Part shown: one piece after another, positions 9,529 through 18,967 of the stretch
Numbering within the stretch: the stretch's first letter is position 1
Layout: each line of letters begins with the position of its first letter
NCBI GenBank assembly: GCA_001795735.1
Contig: MGKQ01000001.1
Span: forward strand, 14,808-78,807
Length of the DNA: 64,000 nucleotides
Source: Candidatus Yanofskybacteria bacterium RIFCSPLOWO2_02_FULL_41_13
GTDB lineage: Bacteria > Patescibacteriota > Minisyncoccia > 2-02-FULL-40-12 > GWA2-44-9
Reading direction: 5' to 3'
Made by a program: the position numbers and the translations under genes
The notes under the pieces: generated by a model
The model's database searches: none
What the model saw: only the letters and a program-made list of their open reading frames with translations
What the model was told of the DNA's origin: nothing

Positions 9529-10567
9529 GAGGATCATTTCTTACTGCAAAGCGATCAACGAAGCGCTTTATCAGGAGATGGAGAGAGATGAGAGGATATT
9601 CGTTTACGGTTTGGACGTTGCGGATCACAAACGCACATTCGGCTCCGGTGAGGGCTTATTGGAACGTTTTGGGCCCAAGCGATATTTTTCCACCCCTCTT
9701 TCAGAAGATGCCATGATGGGTTTGGGCGGCGGCGGCGCTGTAGCCGGTTTACGCCCCATCAACGTACACATAAGAGTTGACTTTCTTTTGCTGTCCATGA
9801 ATCAGTTAGCAAACATGATTGCCCCCATACGCTACGGATCGGATGGAAAACTTTCTGTTCCATTGGTAATCCGCGCAATTATTGGGCGGGGCTGGGGCCA
9901 AGGATTCCAACATTCAAAAACTCTGCAAAGTGTTTTTGCCCACATTCCCGGATTAAAGGTAGTTATGCCAACTACGCCTTATGACGCTAAGGGATTGCTT
10001 ATATCCGCTATTCGCGACAATAATCCGGTTCTTATTCTGGAACATCGCCTACTTTACTGGCAGAAAGGCCGGGTTCCCGAAGAACCATTTACCGTTCCTC
10101 TCGGCCAAGCCAACGTTCTTAGACCGGGAACCGATATCACTATCGCCGCTACATCGTGGATGAACGTTGAAGCTTATACCGCCGCACGGATAATGGAAAA
10201 GCGCAGTGTAGATGTAGAGATAATTGACATCCGCTCAATCGCTCCGCTTGATGATAAGCTTGTAACTGAATCCGCCATTAAGACAGGTCATTTGATTGTA
10301 GCCGACTACGACTGGATTAATTGCGGCCTCTCAGCTGAAATTACCGCCAGAGTATATGAAAAATGTATGCATCAATTAAAATCACCGATTACAAGAATCG
10401 GTTTTGCGCCAACACCATGCCCAACCACGCGCCCGCTTGAAAATTTGTTCTATCCTGGCGCAGAAACGCTAGTTAGAGTTATCGAACAGAAACTTGGCCT
10501 TGAGAGAGCCGATCTATCTGAAGAAGAATTTTTTAGTTATGAGAATAAATTCCGCGGTCCGTTTTGA
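9518..10567 (+). CDS. ThDP-dependent dehydrogenase E1 beta-like subunit
   Basis: TPLSE, GQGFQHS, PGLKVVMP, DIRSIAPLD. Confidence 0.9.
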   Translation: MENKRIISYCKAINEALYQEMERDERIFVYGLDVADHKRTFGSGEGLLERFGPKRYFSTPLSEDAMMGLGGGGAVAGLRPINVHIRVDFLLLSMNQLANMIAPIRYGSDGKLSVPLVIRAIIGRGWGQGFQHSKTLQSVFAHIPGLKVVMPTTPYDAKGLLISAIRDNNPVLILEHRLLYWQKGRVPEEPFTVPLGQANVLRPGTDITIAATSWMNVEAYTAARIMEKRSVDVEIIDIRSIAPLDDKLVTESAIKTGHLIVADYDWINCGLSAEITARVYEKCMHQLKSPITRIGFAPTPCPTTRPLENLFYPGAETLVRVIEQKLGLERADLSEEEFFSYENKFRGPF

Positions 10568-10593
10568 TCCAGCTTAGTTCCTTAAATTAACGC

Positions 10594-10622
10594 AAATCCC
10601 TGGCACAATGCCCGGGATTTTT
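10594..10622 (+). terminator. Intrinsic terminator
   Basis: AAATCCC-TGGCA/TGCC-CGGGATTTTT hairpin. Confidence 0.65.
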
Positions 10623-10674
10623 ATTTAGAAAACTTGCTGGATTTTTAGTTTTTTTTAAGCTAAGTTAAGGTATT

Positions 10675-10959
10675 ATGAATCCCGAACGAGACAGCAAAAG
10701 CATATTTTATACATACGTACTAAGAAATGAGAATGGCCGTCTATATACAGGTTTTACTTATGACCTACGGAAACGCCTCAATGAACACAATGACAAAAAA
10801 TCAACATATACAAAATATCGAGGTCAATATGAGCTCATTTACTATGAAATGTGTCGAGATGAGAATGATGCTCGTCAAAGAAAAAAGTATCTTAAATCAG
10901 GCATGGGCAAACGCTACCTGAAAAACAGGTTGAGGCGTTTCCTGTCTCGTACGGGATGA
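10675..10959 (+). CDS. Small GIY-YIG nuclease, conserved Glu replaced by Lys
   Basis: YTYVL...LYTGFT...RLNEHN...YYE...ARQRKKYLKSG. Confidence 0.88.
   Translation: MNPERDSKSIFYTYVLRNENGRLYTGFTYDLRKRLNEHNDKKSTYTKYRGQYELIYYEMCRDENDARQRKKYLKSGMGKRYLKNRLRRFLSRTG
10680..10955 (+). mobile_element. 276-bp TIR element carrying GIY-YIG gene, 5-bp ATGAA target duplication
   Basis: ATGAA(10675-79)-TCCCGAACGAGACAG...CTGTCTCGTACGGG-ATGAA(10956-60); IR 15/16. Confidence 0.8.
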
Positions 10960-11705
10960 AATTAATATCTTTAAATATCTGGGGTGGAAAGTTATATGAA
11001 CCGCTCATGGAATTTATCAGTGAAGCCAAAAAAGATACTGATATTTTTTGTTTTCAAGAACTCTTCTTCGGTAATAGGCCCGGATATGATGTAGGCGGAG
11101 CCAGAGCCAATATTGCCAAAGAGCTTGAAAGCGCCTTGCTGGAGTTCAATATTTATCCGTACTTTGCACCAAAAAACTCGTTCTTTATGGGAGAGATGGC
11201 TCTGTCGACAATAGGTCAAGCAATTTTCGTAAGAAAGAACTTGTCAGTTACCGATAAGGGAGGTTTTTATACTCATCATCCCGTTACAAACCATAGCGGG
11301 ATTTTTCAATACATTAAAATTAGGACTGATAAAGATGAATTTATTATTGGCAATATTCACGGCCTATGGCTGCCGACCGGAAAGCTAGATAACCCGGAGC
11401 GCATTAAACAATCCGAAATGATAATAGACCTTTATGCCACTCACAAGGGCAAGAAAATAATATGTGGCGACTTCAATCTCCGGCCTGAAACAGAAAGCAT
11501 CGCCATATTCAATAAAGATTTTAAAAACTTGATCAAAGATTTTGGGATAAACTCAACGCGCAGTTCTTTCTATAAAGATGCCGAGAGATATAAAGACTTC
11601 ATATCCGATTATGTTTTCGTTTCTAGGGATGTAAATGTAATGAATTTTAAGACGATAGATGCCTTCGTATCCGACCATCTACCGATTATGCTTGAGTTCT
11701 CGTAA
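10956..11705 (+). CDS. Endonuclease/exonuclease/phosphatase family protein
   Basis: SLNIW, DIFCFQE, CGDFN, SDYVF, SDHLP. Confidence 0.9.
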   Translation: MKLISLNIWGGKLYEPLMEFISEAKKDTDIFCFQELFFGNRPGYDVGGARANIAKELESALLEFNIYPYFAPKNSFFMGEMALSTIGQAIFVRKNLSVTDKGGFYTHHPVTNHSGIFQYIKIRTDKDEFIIGNIHGLWLPTGKLDNPERIKQSEMIIDLYATHKGKKIICGDFNLRPETESIAIFNKDFKNLIKDFGINSTRSSFYKDAERYKDFISDYVFVSRDVNVMNFKTIDAFVSDHLPIMLEFS

Positions 11706-11786
11706 AAGAACGAAACTGGGCCATATTGACTGGAGTATAAAAATATAACACTATTTAACCCAAAGTCCTTTAAAAAGAGGTGCTTA

Positions 11787-12989
11787 GTGAATTATAAATA
11801 TCCTCTTGCCACAGACACCGTGACCAAAGAAGACCTCCGTGCTTTGGCTGTCTGGCTGTTGAGTGATCCTGCGCCCCGCCTAACCATGGGGCCGTTAGTA
11901 AAAGAATACGAGCAAAGATGGTGCGACTGGCTTGGCAGAAATTTTGCTATCTCTTGCAGTACGGGTTCAGATGCCAATGAGTTAATGTATTACACCCTGC
12001 TCCGCTCAGGCCGGCTAAAGAACAAGAAAATTATCGTTCCAAGTGCCGCTTGGGTTACCAGTATTTCTCCGGCAATACATTACGGTTTTGAGCCGATTAT
12101 GTGCGATGCCGATTATGACACATGGGCTCTTAACAAGAGACATCTCAGAGCCTTACTCGAAGAGCACAATCCTTCTACGGTTTTTTTAGTTCAAGTACTT
12201 GGCATCCCTCACGATATGGATGACCTGATGAAACTAAAAAAGGAATACGGATTCTTCCTTCTTGAAGATACCTGTGCCGCAATCGGTTCCTCATATCATG
12301 GCCAAAAATTGGGAACATTCGGTGACATGTCTAGCATCTCAACCTATTACGGCCACCAGACACCGACCGTTGAGGGCGGAGTAGTATTTACAGATGATAA
12401 GGATCTCAATGATCTGCTTTTGATGTTAAGAAGTCATGGCTGGGTAGCACATGTTGATCCGGAGAAAAGAACCGAAATTTTAAAGAAATACGAAATCGAA
12501 GATATCGGAACCCATTTTCACTTCATTGAGCCCGGCTTTAATTCACGATTTACTGATATGCAGGCATTCCTCGGCCTGCGCCAGCTTGACCGAATAGAGT
12601 GGAACATCGAAAAAAGATCTTCTAACCACCGGCTCTACAAACAGATACTTGGTCACAGCGGTTTGTTTATGACCCAGGTTTATGACAAGGAGTCAGTTGT
12701 ATGCAGTATCCACTTTTGCGCCCTGGCCTTAAATTATGAGGAAAGAAATATAATTATTAAAGAGCTTCAGAACAACGGCATAGAAACCAGGCCGTTTACT
12801 TCGGGTAATCAGGGCCTTCAGCCATATTGGTTCAGAGAATATGGAAAGTTCTCCGCCTCCGTAGCCAATAAGCTTTATCACTGCGGGTTCTTCCTACCCA
12901 ATCACCCCTATCTTAAAACGGAAGACATCGAGTACATCTGTTCGGTAGCGATCAAGACAGCATTGGAATACAGAGAGGAGAATGGATAA
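11787..12989 (+). CDS. DegT-family PLP enzyme, ColD-like NDP-4-keto-6-deoxysugar 3-dehydratase
   Basis: EDTCAAIG; STYYGHQTPTVEGG has His at the usual PLP-lysine position; LRSHGW; GTG start after AAGAGG. Confidence 0.8.
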   Translation: MNYKYPLATDTVTKEDLRALAVWLLSDPAPRLTMGPLVKEYEQRWCDWLGRNFAISCSTGSDANELMYYTLLRSGRLKNKKIIVPSAAWVTSISPAIHYGFEPIMCDADYDTWALNKRHLRALLEEHNPSTVFLVQVLGIPHDMDDLMKLKKEYGFFLLEDTCAAIGSSYHGQKLGTFGDMSSISTYYGHQTPTVEGGVVFTDDKDLNDLLLMLRSHGWVAHVDPEKRTEILKKYEIEDIGTHFHFIEPGFNSRFTDMQAFLGLRQLDRIEWNIEKRSSNHRLYKQILGHSGLFMTQVYDKESVVCSIHFCALALNYEERNIIIKELQNNGIETRPFTSGNQGLQPYWFREYGKFSASVANKLYHCGFFLPNHPYLKTEDIEYICSVAIKTALEYREENG

Positions 12990-13927
12990 TGCCCAGAGTT
13001 CTTGTCACCGGAGGCGCCGGGTATATCGGTTCGGTTCTGGTACCAATGCTTTTGAATGCCGGCCATGAGGTCATCGTACTTGATAACTTCATGTACAATC
13101 AGACTTCTCTACTTGACTGTTGTCACAACAAAAATCTGCTGATTATCAGAGGCGATTCCAGAGATGAAAAACGGATAGAAGATACTTTTAAAAACTACTG
13201 GCCTATAAGATATGTCATTCCCCTGGCTTGCATCGTCGGAGCTCCTGCTTGCGACAAAGACCCATGGTCTGCCAGAACGACCAACCTGGATGCGGTTAGA
13301 ATGATCGCCGACCGATGGAGACCAAGAATAATATTCCCCAACACTAACAGCGGTTACGGTATCGGCCAAGAAAGAAACTATTGCACTGAAGAGTCTTCGT
13401 TAAATCCAGTTTCTCTCTATGGCAAACTAAAAGTTGAAGCAGAAGAGGTATTATTAAAAAATGGAAATTCTGTGGTTCTCCGCCTGGCAACTGTTTTTGG
13501 AATCAGTCCGCGCATGCGTCTGGATTTGCTAGTTAATGACTTCGTTTACAGAGCCGTAAATGACCGCTATGTAGTACTCTTTGAGGGTAATTTTAAAAGA
13601 AACTACATCCACGTCCGAGATGTTGCAAGAGCATTTATGCATTGCATGGAAAACTTTAAGACGATGGATGGCCAAGTCTACAATGTCGGATTAAGTGATG
13701 CTAACCTTTCAAAATTGGAACTATGCGAGGAGATAAAGAAGCAAGTACCTGGCTTTTATTTTGCCGAAGCTAAAATAGGCGAAGATCCTGATAAACGCAA
13801 CTATATCGTCAGCAACGAAAAGATTGAGAAAACCGGATTTAAACCGGAGGTTTCTCTGCAAGAAGGAATTGCTGAGTTAATCAGAGGTTATCCGGTTATA
13901 AAAAATAACCATTTCTCAAATATTTAA
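12989..13927 (+). CDS. NAD-dependent epimerase/dehydratase
   Basis: TGGAGYIG, YGKLK, RLATVFG, RNYIHVRD. Confidence 0.92.
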   Translation: MPRVLVTGGAGYIGSVLVPMLLNAGHEVIVLDNFMYNQTSLLDCCHNKNLLIIRGDSRDEKRIEDTFKNYWPIRYVIPLACIVGAPACDKDPWSARTTNLDAVRMIADRWRPRIIFPNTNSGYGIGQERNYCTEESSLNPVSLYGKLKVEAEEVLLKNGNSVVLRLATVFGISPRMRLDLLVNDFVYRAVNDRYVVLFEGNFKRNYIHVRDVARAFMHCMENFKTMDGQVYNVGLSDANLSKLELCEEIKKQVPGFYFAEAKIGEDPDKRNYIVSNEKIEKTGFKPEVSLQEGIAELIRGYPVIKNNHFSNI

Positions 13928-13931
13928 ATTT

Positions 13932-13957
13932 AAAAGGAGCCATATAGCTCCTTTTTT
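13932..13957. terminator. Bidirectional terminator between convergent genes
   Basis: AAAAGGAGC-catata-GCTCCTTTTTT. Confidence 0.8.
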
Positions 13958-13991
13958 GTTTACCTAAAACTTATTGCCCCGTAAGTCTGAT

Positions 13992-16067
13992 TTATACCGG
14001 TTCATTGGGCCGTATTGTATAAAGATAAGCACCGTTACGAAAACACCACCAGACGACTTTTCTCAGCCATTCTTCCAAAGAATCCCAGGATTCAGTTGTG
14101 CGATCAATGCAATACTCTGCTGGGCCTTCTTCGAGTATGGCCGGTTGTCCGGTAAAAATGTTTCTATAGAATTCCCAGACCCGGTAATTTAGTTTAATGG
14201 TGAGGTCGTGATCCTGGAACGGAAGCTTAAGAAGCGCCCGGTTAAGCCGAATTGCATCGTCAAGTATTATATCATTGACCGGGGCTGATCGGACGTTGCG
14301 CATAAGCCGAAGTGCCCGTTGAGCCTCTTCGTAAAAATCGGATAGCCGACCATTAACATATAATTTTATCATGGCGTATGCATCGGCCGGCCACCAAATA
14401 TCGAGCCATTCCCCGGAGTGACTGTACTCCTCTTGGCCCTGAGTTATTTTTGTCGCTTCGCTTAATAAGAATTGTCTTATGCTTGCTAGTACCGGGAATT
14501 CTTCTTCGGGAAGAAAGATTTTATGATTGCTGACGTCACGGTAATTTCCTTCTGAGAAAAGTTCTATCAGCTCCCGATAGCTTATGCCGCCAATCTGGTT
14601 CATGACTATTAAAGGAATCTGAAACATTTTATCAAAATGCAGAAAGGCAGACATCCAAGTGAACACCCTGGTACGAATCCAATCTTCCTTAGGCATAGTT
14701 TTTGTGGCAACTACCGCTTTCTGCCATTCATCTATGCCATCGGGAGTTTCTTCTTTCTTACCGTGAACGGTAAGTATTTTAATCGATACTGTTTTCATTC
14801 CGTACTCTTCCATATATTCAGGATTAGCCGCTTCGGCATTAGGCAAGATAGTAAATATATTAAAATGAATACGATTATGCTGGCCACCGGCAATAGTATT
14901 TGAGATGCCGTCAGCAAATGAGTCATATGTCTCATTGGGCATAGCCATAATCATATCAGTCACTATCATCGTACCCTTAGCGGCCATCTCATTCTGACGT
15001 GCCTGATAGGCTTCTACCTTCATATTGTCGCGGCGAATTGCCCTGAGAGTTTCCGCATTAGTTGACTGCAGTGACATAAGACCATCGGTCTTAAGTCCCG
15101 AGCGATCTAATATCGCTAACGCTTCAAATGAGTGGTCTTTCGGATTTTTTGCGTTTTGGGTTGCTATTGCCTTTGGAAATCCGTACTGCTCACGGATTTT
15201 CGCAAATTGTTCGGCAATCTTGACGTCCCGTTCTAAGATTCCAAAATTAGCATCCCCGATAAACGTATAGCCTATCTGATGCCGGCCGATCCATTCAATA
15301 TCACCACAGACCTGCTCCAAGGGAAACTTGGCCAGCTTATCTTCCGTCGCACCGCCCCAGTCACAAAATGTACATGCATATGGACAGCCTCGATTAGTCT
15401 CGAGAAGCACAATCCACTTTTGTTCCGGAAAAGATTTAATCAAATCGTCGAAAATCCCGGATTGGTAAGGTGACGGTACTACACCGAGATCAACAATACG
15501 AGGACGTCTAGGATTATGCACAAAGGTTCCGTCTTTACGTAAGTAACTTATCGATGGAATGTCTTCCCTCTCATAATTGCCGTCGAGCAACCGCTCAAGG
15601 ATATCTAGAAATACTGCTTCGCCCTCACCGTGACAGGCAATATCAATGAAGGGATAGTCCCGATGAAATGTTTCAGTAAAACTCTTGCGTAAACGTGTCA
15701 GCTGAATAAGACCGGCTGATTTTTTTTCACGGCCGAATCTTTTTAGTCCGTCTGGCACATGAGGACCACCGAAAACAATAATAATTTCCGGTTTTTGGCG
15801 CTTAAGCTCTCGGGCAATAGCACATGATAATTCAAAATTCCAAACGTAAACACTGAAAGCAACGATTTGAGCATCTATTAATTTAGCTACTGCAGATTCA
15901 ACGGTAAGCCGCTTATAGACCATCTGCAGAAATTCAAAACTGTTAGAATCGCGGGCGTACTTCTGGGCATAGGCCTTCAAATAACCGATAGATGGGGGCA
16001 GATAGCACTGACCATCCGAAAATTCGTTGCCGATCTGAGCCAAACCTATGGTTAGCTTTTTCATCAT
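13992..16067 (-). CDS. B12-binding radical SAM enzyme (class B-like), paralogue A
   Basis: FSVYVWN, FGGPHVP, HGEGE, ETNRGCPYACTFCDW. Confidence 0.9.
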   Translation of the reverse strand: MMKKLTIGLAQIGNEFSDGQCYLPPSIGYLKAYAQKYARDSNSFEFLQMVYKRLTVESAVAKLIDAQIVAFSVYVWNFELSCAIARELKRQKPEIIIVFGGPHVPDGLKRFGREKKSAGLIQLTRLRKSFTETFHRDYPFIDIACHGEGEAVFLDILERLLDGNYEREDIPSISYLRKDGTFVHNPRRPRIVDLGVVPSPYQSGIFDDLIKSFPEQKWIVLLETNRGCPYACTFCDWGGATEDKLAKFPLEQVCGDIEWIGRHQIGYTFIGDANFGILERDVKIAEQFAKIREQYGFPKAIATQNAKNPKDHSFEALAILDRSGLKTDGLMSLQSTNAETLRAIRRDNMKVEAYQARQNEMAAKGTMIVTDMIMAMPNETYDSFADGISNTIAGGQHNRIHFNIFTILPNAEAANPEYMEEYGMKTVSIKILTVHGKKEETPDGIDEWQKAVVATKTMPKEDWIRTRVFTWMSAFLHFDKMFQIPLIVMNQIGGISYRELIELFSEGNYRDVSNHKIFLPEEEFPVLASIRQFLLSEATKITQGQEEYSHSGEWLDIWWPADAYAMIKLYVNGRLSDFYEEAQRALRLMRNVRSAPVNDIILDDAIRLNRALLKLPFQDHDLTIKLNYRVWEFYRNIFTGQPAILEEGPAEYCIDRTTESWDSLEEWLRKVVWWCFRNGAYLYTIRPNEPV

Positions 16068-16134
16068 TTACCCTTTAATATTGTAAATGTACATTTGCTG
16101 AATGATACTTAATGGCCGCTTCGTCGTCAACAGT

Positions 16135-16162
16135 AAAAAAGACCCTGTAGGGGGGTCTTTTT
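16135..16162 (-). terminator. Intrinsic terminator
   Basis: AAAAAAGACCC...GGGTCTTTTT. Confidence 0.7.
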
Positions 16163-16166
16163 GTTG

Positions 16167-16670
16167 CTAGCTGTCTCTTCTTGAGAGGATAGGATTTCCG
16201 GTTGGCCAGGTGATATTGAATCGTGGATCGTTCCATTTAACGGTGAACTGATTCTTACCATCGGTATAATATTCCGATTGGTTATAGTGGAACACTGCCC
16301 AGTCGCTCAATATTAAGTGGCCGTTGGCATGCATGGGGGGAATAAGTATCTGAAGACAATTACGGGGAGTCAGGGTAAAGGCTTCCCATTTTCCAAAGGA
16401 CGGAGAAGTCTCATTGTAATTCATGACTACCAGGTATAGCTCTCCGTAGAGGCAGGAAATGAGCTTCCAGGTTTTAGGATCTCCATGCAAACCACGAAGA
16501 ACGTTTTTATGTGAAAGGGAGTAATCTTGTTCAACGAATTCAATTTTAATTCCGGCATCGAAGTATTCCTGTTTTTTATATACCTCGCCACAAACTCCAC
16601 GATAGTCTTCAAAAAAATAACGCTCTATCCGTAAAACTTCGGGTAAAGTTGTCTGCGAAACCTTAATCAT
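16167..16670 (-). CDS. dTDP-4-dehydrorhamnose 3,5-epimerase family (RmlC-like cupin)
   Basis: FEDYRG, SHKNVLRGLH, IPPMHANG, WNDP, ILSRRD. Confidence 0.88.
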   Translation of the reverse strand: MIKVSQTTLPEVLRIERYFFEDYRGVCGEVYKKQEYFDAGIKIEFVEQDYSLSHKNVLRGLHGDPKTWKLISCLYGELYLVVMNYNETSPSFGKWEAFTLTPRNCLQILIPPMHANGHLILSDWAVFHYNQSEYYTDGKNQFTVKWNDPRFNITWPTGNPILSRRDS

Positions 16671-16784
16671 ATAGATACTATAGCATATAATTAAAACCAA
16701 ACTGTCAGTTGACTAAACATCATTCTCGGTATACTATTGATCATTGTTCATTCAAATTCAAACAAAGGTCTGGAGGCGGGTCTA

Positions 16785-17738
16785 ATGACAAAGAAAAGAG
16801 TTTTGGTTTGCGGAGCTAGCGGATTTATCGGAAGAAATATATTTGAACGGCTATCGGAACGCAAAGATATTGAACTTATAGGAACTTATCACAATAATCG
16901 TTTTAGCTCAGACCCGCGATTAGTTAAGGTTGACCTGACTGATAAACATGAAGTTAATGAATTACTAAAAGGCGTTGATATCTTAATTCAAGCCGCAGCA
17001 GTCACTTCCGGTTCAAAGCAAATAAAGGAGAGGCCCTTCATTCATATCACCGACAATGGAATTATGAATCTTCTTATGTATCAGGCATCCTTTGATCAGC
17101 GTATCGGAATGGTAATTTTCTTCAGTTGTTCAGTTATGTATCCCGGCGGCGACAAGCCGGCTAAAGAATCGGATCTTAATCTTAATGACGGCATGCATCC
17201 TACATATTTCGGGGCCGGTTGGACAAAAATCTATTTAGAAAAAATGTGTGACTTTTACTCGCGCCTGGGCCGGACTAAATTTCTTGTCATCCGACACTCA
17301 AACATATACGGTCCGTACGATAAATACGACCTTGAAAAATCTCATATGTTCGGCGCCAATGTTACTAAAGTTATGACGGCTAAAGATGGCGATGAAATTA
17401 CGGTCTGGGGAACGGGCCAGGAAAAACGAGATCTGGTATATGTGTCCGACCTGGTTGATTTTGTCGAGCTGGCTATGGCAAAGCAAGATCGGGATAGCTT
17501 TGACTTAGTTAATGTCGGCTGTGGTGAGGCCTTAAGCGTAAATGATATAATCTCAAAAATAATTACTGCTTCGGGTAAGAATCTATCTTTAGCACATAAC
17601 GTAACCGGACCGACCATTCCAGTTAGCATTACGCTTGATGCAACGAGAGCAAAAGATATATATGGCTGGCAGCCCAAAGTTTCACTTGATACCGGTATCG
17701 CCAGAACTATTGATTGGTATCGTAAAAATATTCTATAA
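16785..17738 (+). CDS. NAD-dependent epimerase/reductase (GDP-fucose synthase-like)
   Basis: GASGFIG, SNIYGPYD, SH, VWGTG..KRDLVYV; GGAGG RBS before MTKK. Confidence 0.85.
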   Translation: MTKKRVLVCGASGFIGRNIFERLSERKDIELIGTYHNNRFSSDPRLVKVDLTDKHEVNELLKGVDILIQAAAVTSGSKQIKERPFIHITDNGIMNLLMYQASFDQRIGMVIFFSCSVMYPGGDKPAKESDLNLNDGMHPTYFGAGWTKIYLEKMCDFYSRLGRTKFLVIRHSNIYGPYDKYDLEKSHMFGANVTKVMTAKDGDEITVWGTGQEKRDLVYVSDLVDFVELAMAKQDRDSFDLVNVGCGEALSVNDIISKIITASGKNLSLAHNVTGPTIPVSITLDATRAKDIYGWQPKVSLDTGIARTIDWYRKNIL

Positions 17739-17763
17739 AACCTCGAATTCTACGAGGTTTTTT
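17737..17763 (+). terminator. Intrinsic terminator
   Basis: AAAACCTCG...CGAGGTTTTTT. Confidence 0.75.
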
Positions 17764-17772
17764 ATTGATTGA

Positions 17773-17849
17773 TCCCGTTAGAGGTCCGACTTGCCTAGAA
17801 GGCATGGTCAGCAGATGCACCACCAAGGGCGCATCTTACCTCTAACGGG
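17773..17849. mobile_element. 77-bp MITE-like element with ATTGA target duplication at a -35 box
   Basis: ATTGA-TCCCGTTAGAGG...CCTCTAACGGG-ATTGA(CA); two internal hairpins. Confidence 0.8.
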
Positions 17850-17914
17850 ATTGACACTCGCTATTAATTATGTAAAAATAACAATCAGCTATTTACCAAG
17901 ATAGGAGAAGATCG

Positions 17915-18883
17915 GTGAAGTATAGACCACTCGGAGCAAGCGGGATCATGGTATCTGAAATTGGATTTGGCGGCTGGGGCATCGGTGGAGTAACTCCAGG
18001 TCCAACCTCATATGGTCCGACTGACGACAATGAGTCTCGGAAAGCCCTGGAGGCAGCCTTTAATAACGGAATTAGTTACTATGATACTGCCGGTGTTTAC
18101 GGCAAAAGCGAAGAGTTGATCGGAAGAACTTTTAAGCACCGGCGGGGCCAAGTAGTTATCGGCACTAAGATAGGATTTCTGGAACACCATACTCCGCAAG
18201 ATTTTTCCAGAAAGAATATCTTCAGCACACTTGAAAAAAGTTTACGTAATCTGGGAACAGACTACGTTGATCTTTACCAGCTTCACAACCCAGATATTCA
18301 AAACCTGCGTATGGACGAAATTGTGAGCGCCCTGAAGGAATTAAAAATCAGAGGATTAGTCAGGGCCTTGGGTGTTTCCGTTAAACATCCTAACCATGGT
18401 TTATTAGCTCTTAAATACGGCGAATTTTGCTCTATACAAGTTAATCTCAGCATGATTGATCAGAGGGCAATTGATAACAGTCTCTTAGATCAAGCTAGGG
18501 AACAGGGCATTGGAATTATTGCACGCACACCTTTAAACTTTGGCTTTCTTACCGATAACGGAACAACAATGGATCTAAACTTCGGTCCTGAGGATCATAG
18601 GTCAGTTTGGCCAATGGAACAAAGGGTGGCCTGGCAAAAAGCGGCTCGTTTATTATCTGAAGTTCATCCCGAATATCCCCTAGCCACATTAGCGCTACGC
18701 TACTGTCTAAGCGTTACTGGAGTAAGTACTGTCATCCCCGGCCTACTTACGGTAAGTGACGTTTTGGAGAACACTACTACTTCAAACTTACCGCTATTGA
18801 GTCCCGAAACAATGGCTAAGATCAGAGAGATATACAACGACAATGACCAATTCTTTGTCCGACAGCCAAGTCCTCCTAAATAA
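17915..18883 (+). CDS. Aldo/keto reductase
   Basis: VSEIGFG, DTAGVYG, SLRNLGTDYVDLYQLHNP. Confidence 0.92.
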   Translation: MKYRPLGASGIMVSEIGFGGWGIGGVTPGPTSYGPTDDNESRKALEAAFNNGISYYDTAGVYGKSEELIGRTFKHRRGQVVIGTKIGFLEHHTPQDFSRKNIFSTLEKSLRNLGTDYVDLYQLHNPDIQNLRMDEIVSALKELKIRGLVRALGVSVKHPNHGLLALKYGEFCSIQVNLSMIDQRAIDNSLLDQAREQGIGIIARTPLNFGFLTDNGTTMDLNFGPEDHRSVWPMEQRVAWQKAARLLSEVHPEYPLATLALRYCLSVTGVSTVIPGLLTVSDVLENTTTSNLPLLSPETMAKIREIYNDNDQFFVRQPSPPK

Positions 18884-18967
18884 GAGGGCTTTTTTATTCA
18901 ATGATTGCCAAAAGACCAACTTTAATGTATAAATACCGCTATGAACCTTAACAACTAGGGAGTTCTT

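Noticed and set aside
8569..10567. Housekeeping pyruvate dehydrogenase
   Set aside because: No E2/E3 nearby and the context is sugar modification; symbols pdhA/pdhB withheld.
17773..17849. tRNA-sized cloverleaf-like structure
   Set aside because: No T-loop or D-loop consensus and no CCA; it has TIRs and a target duplication.
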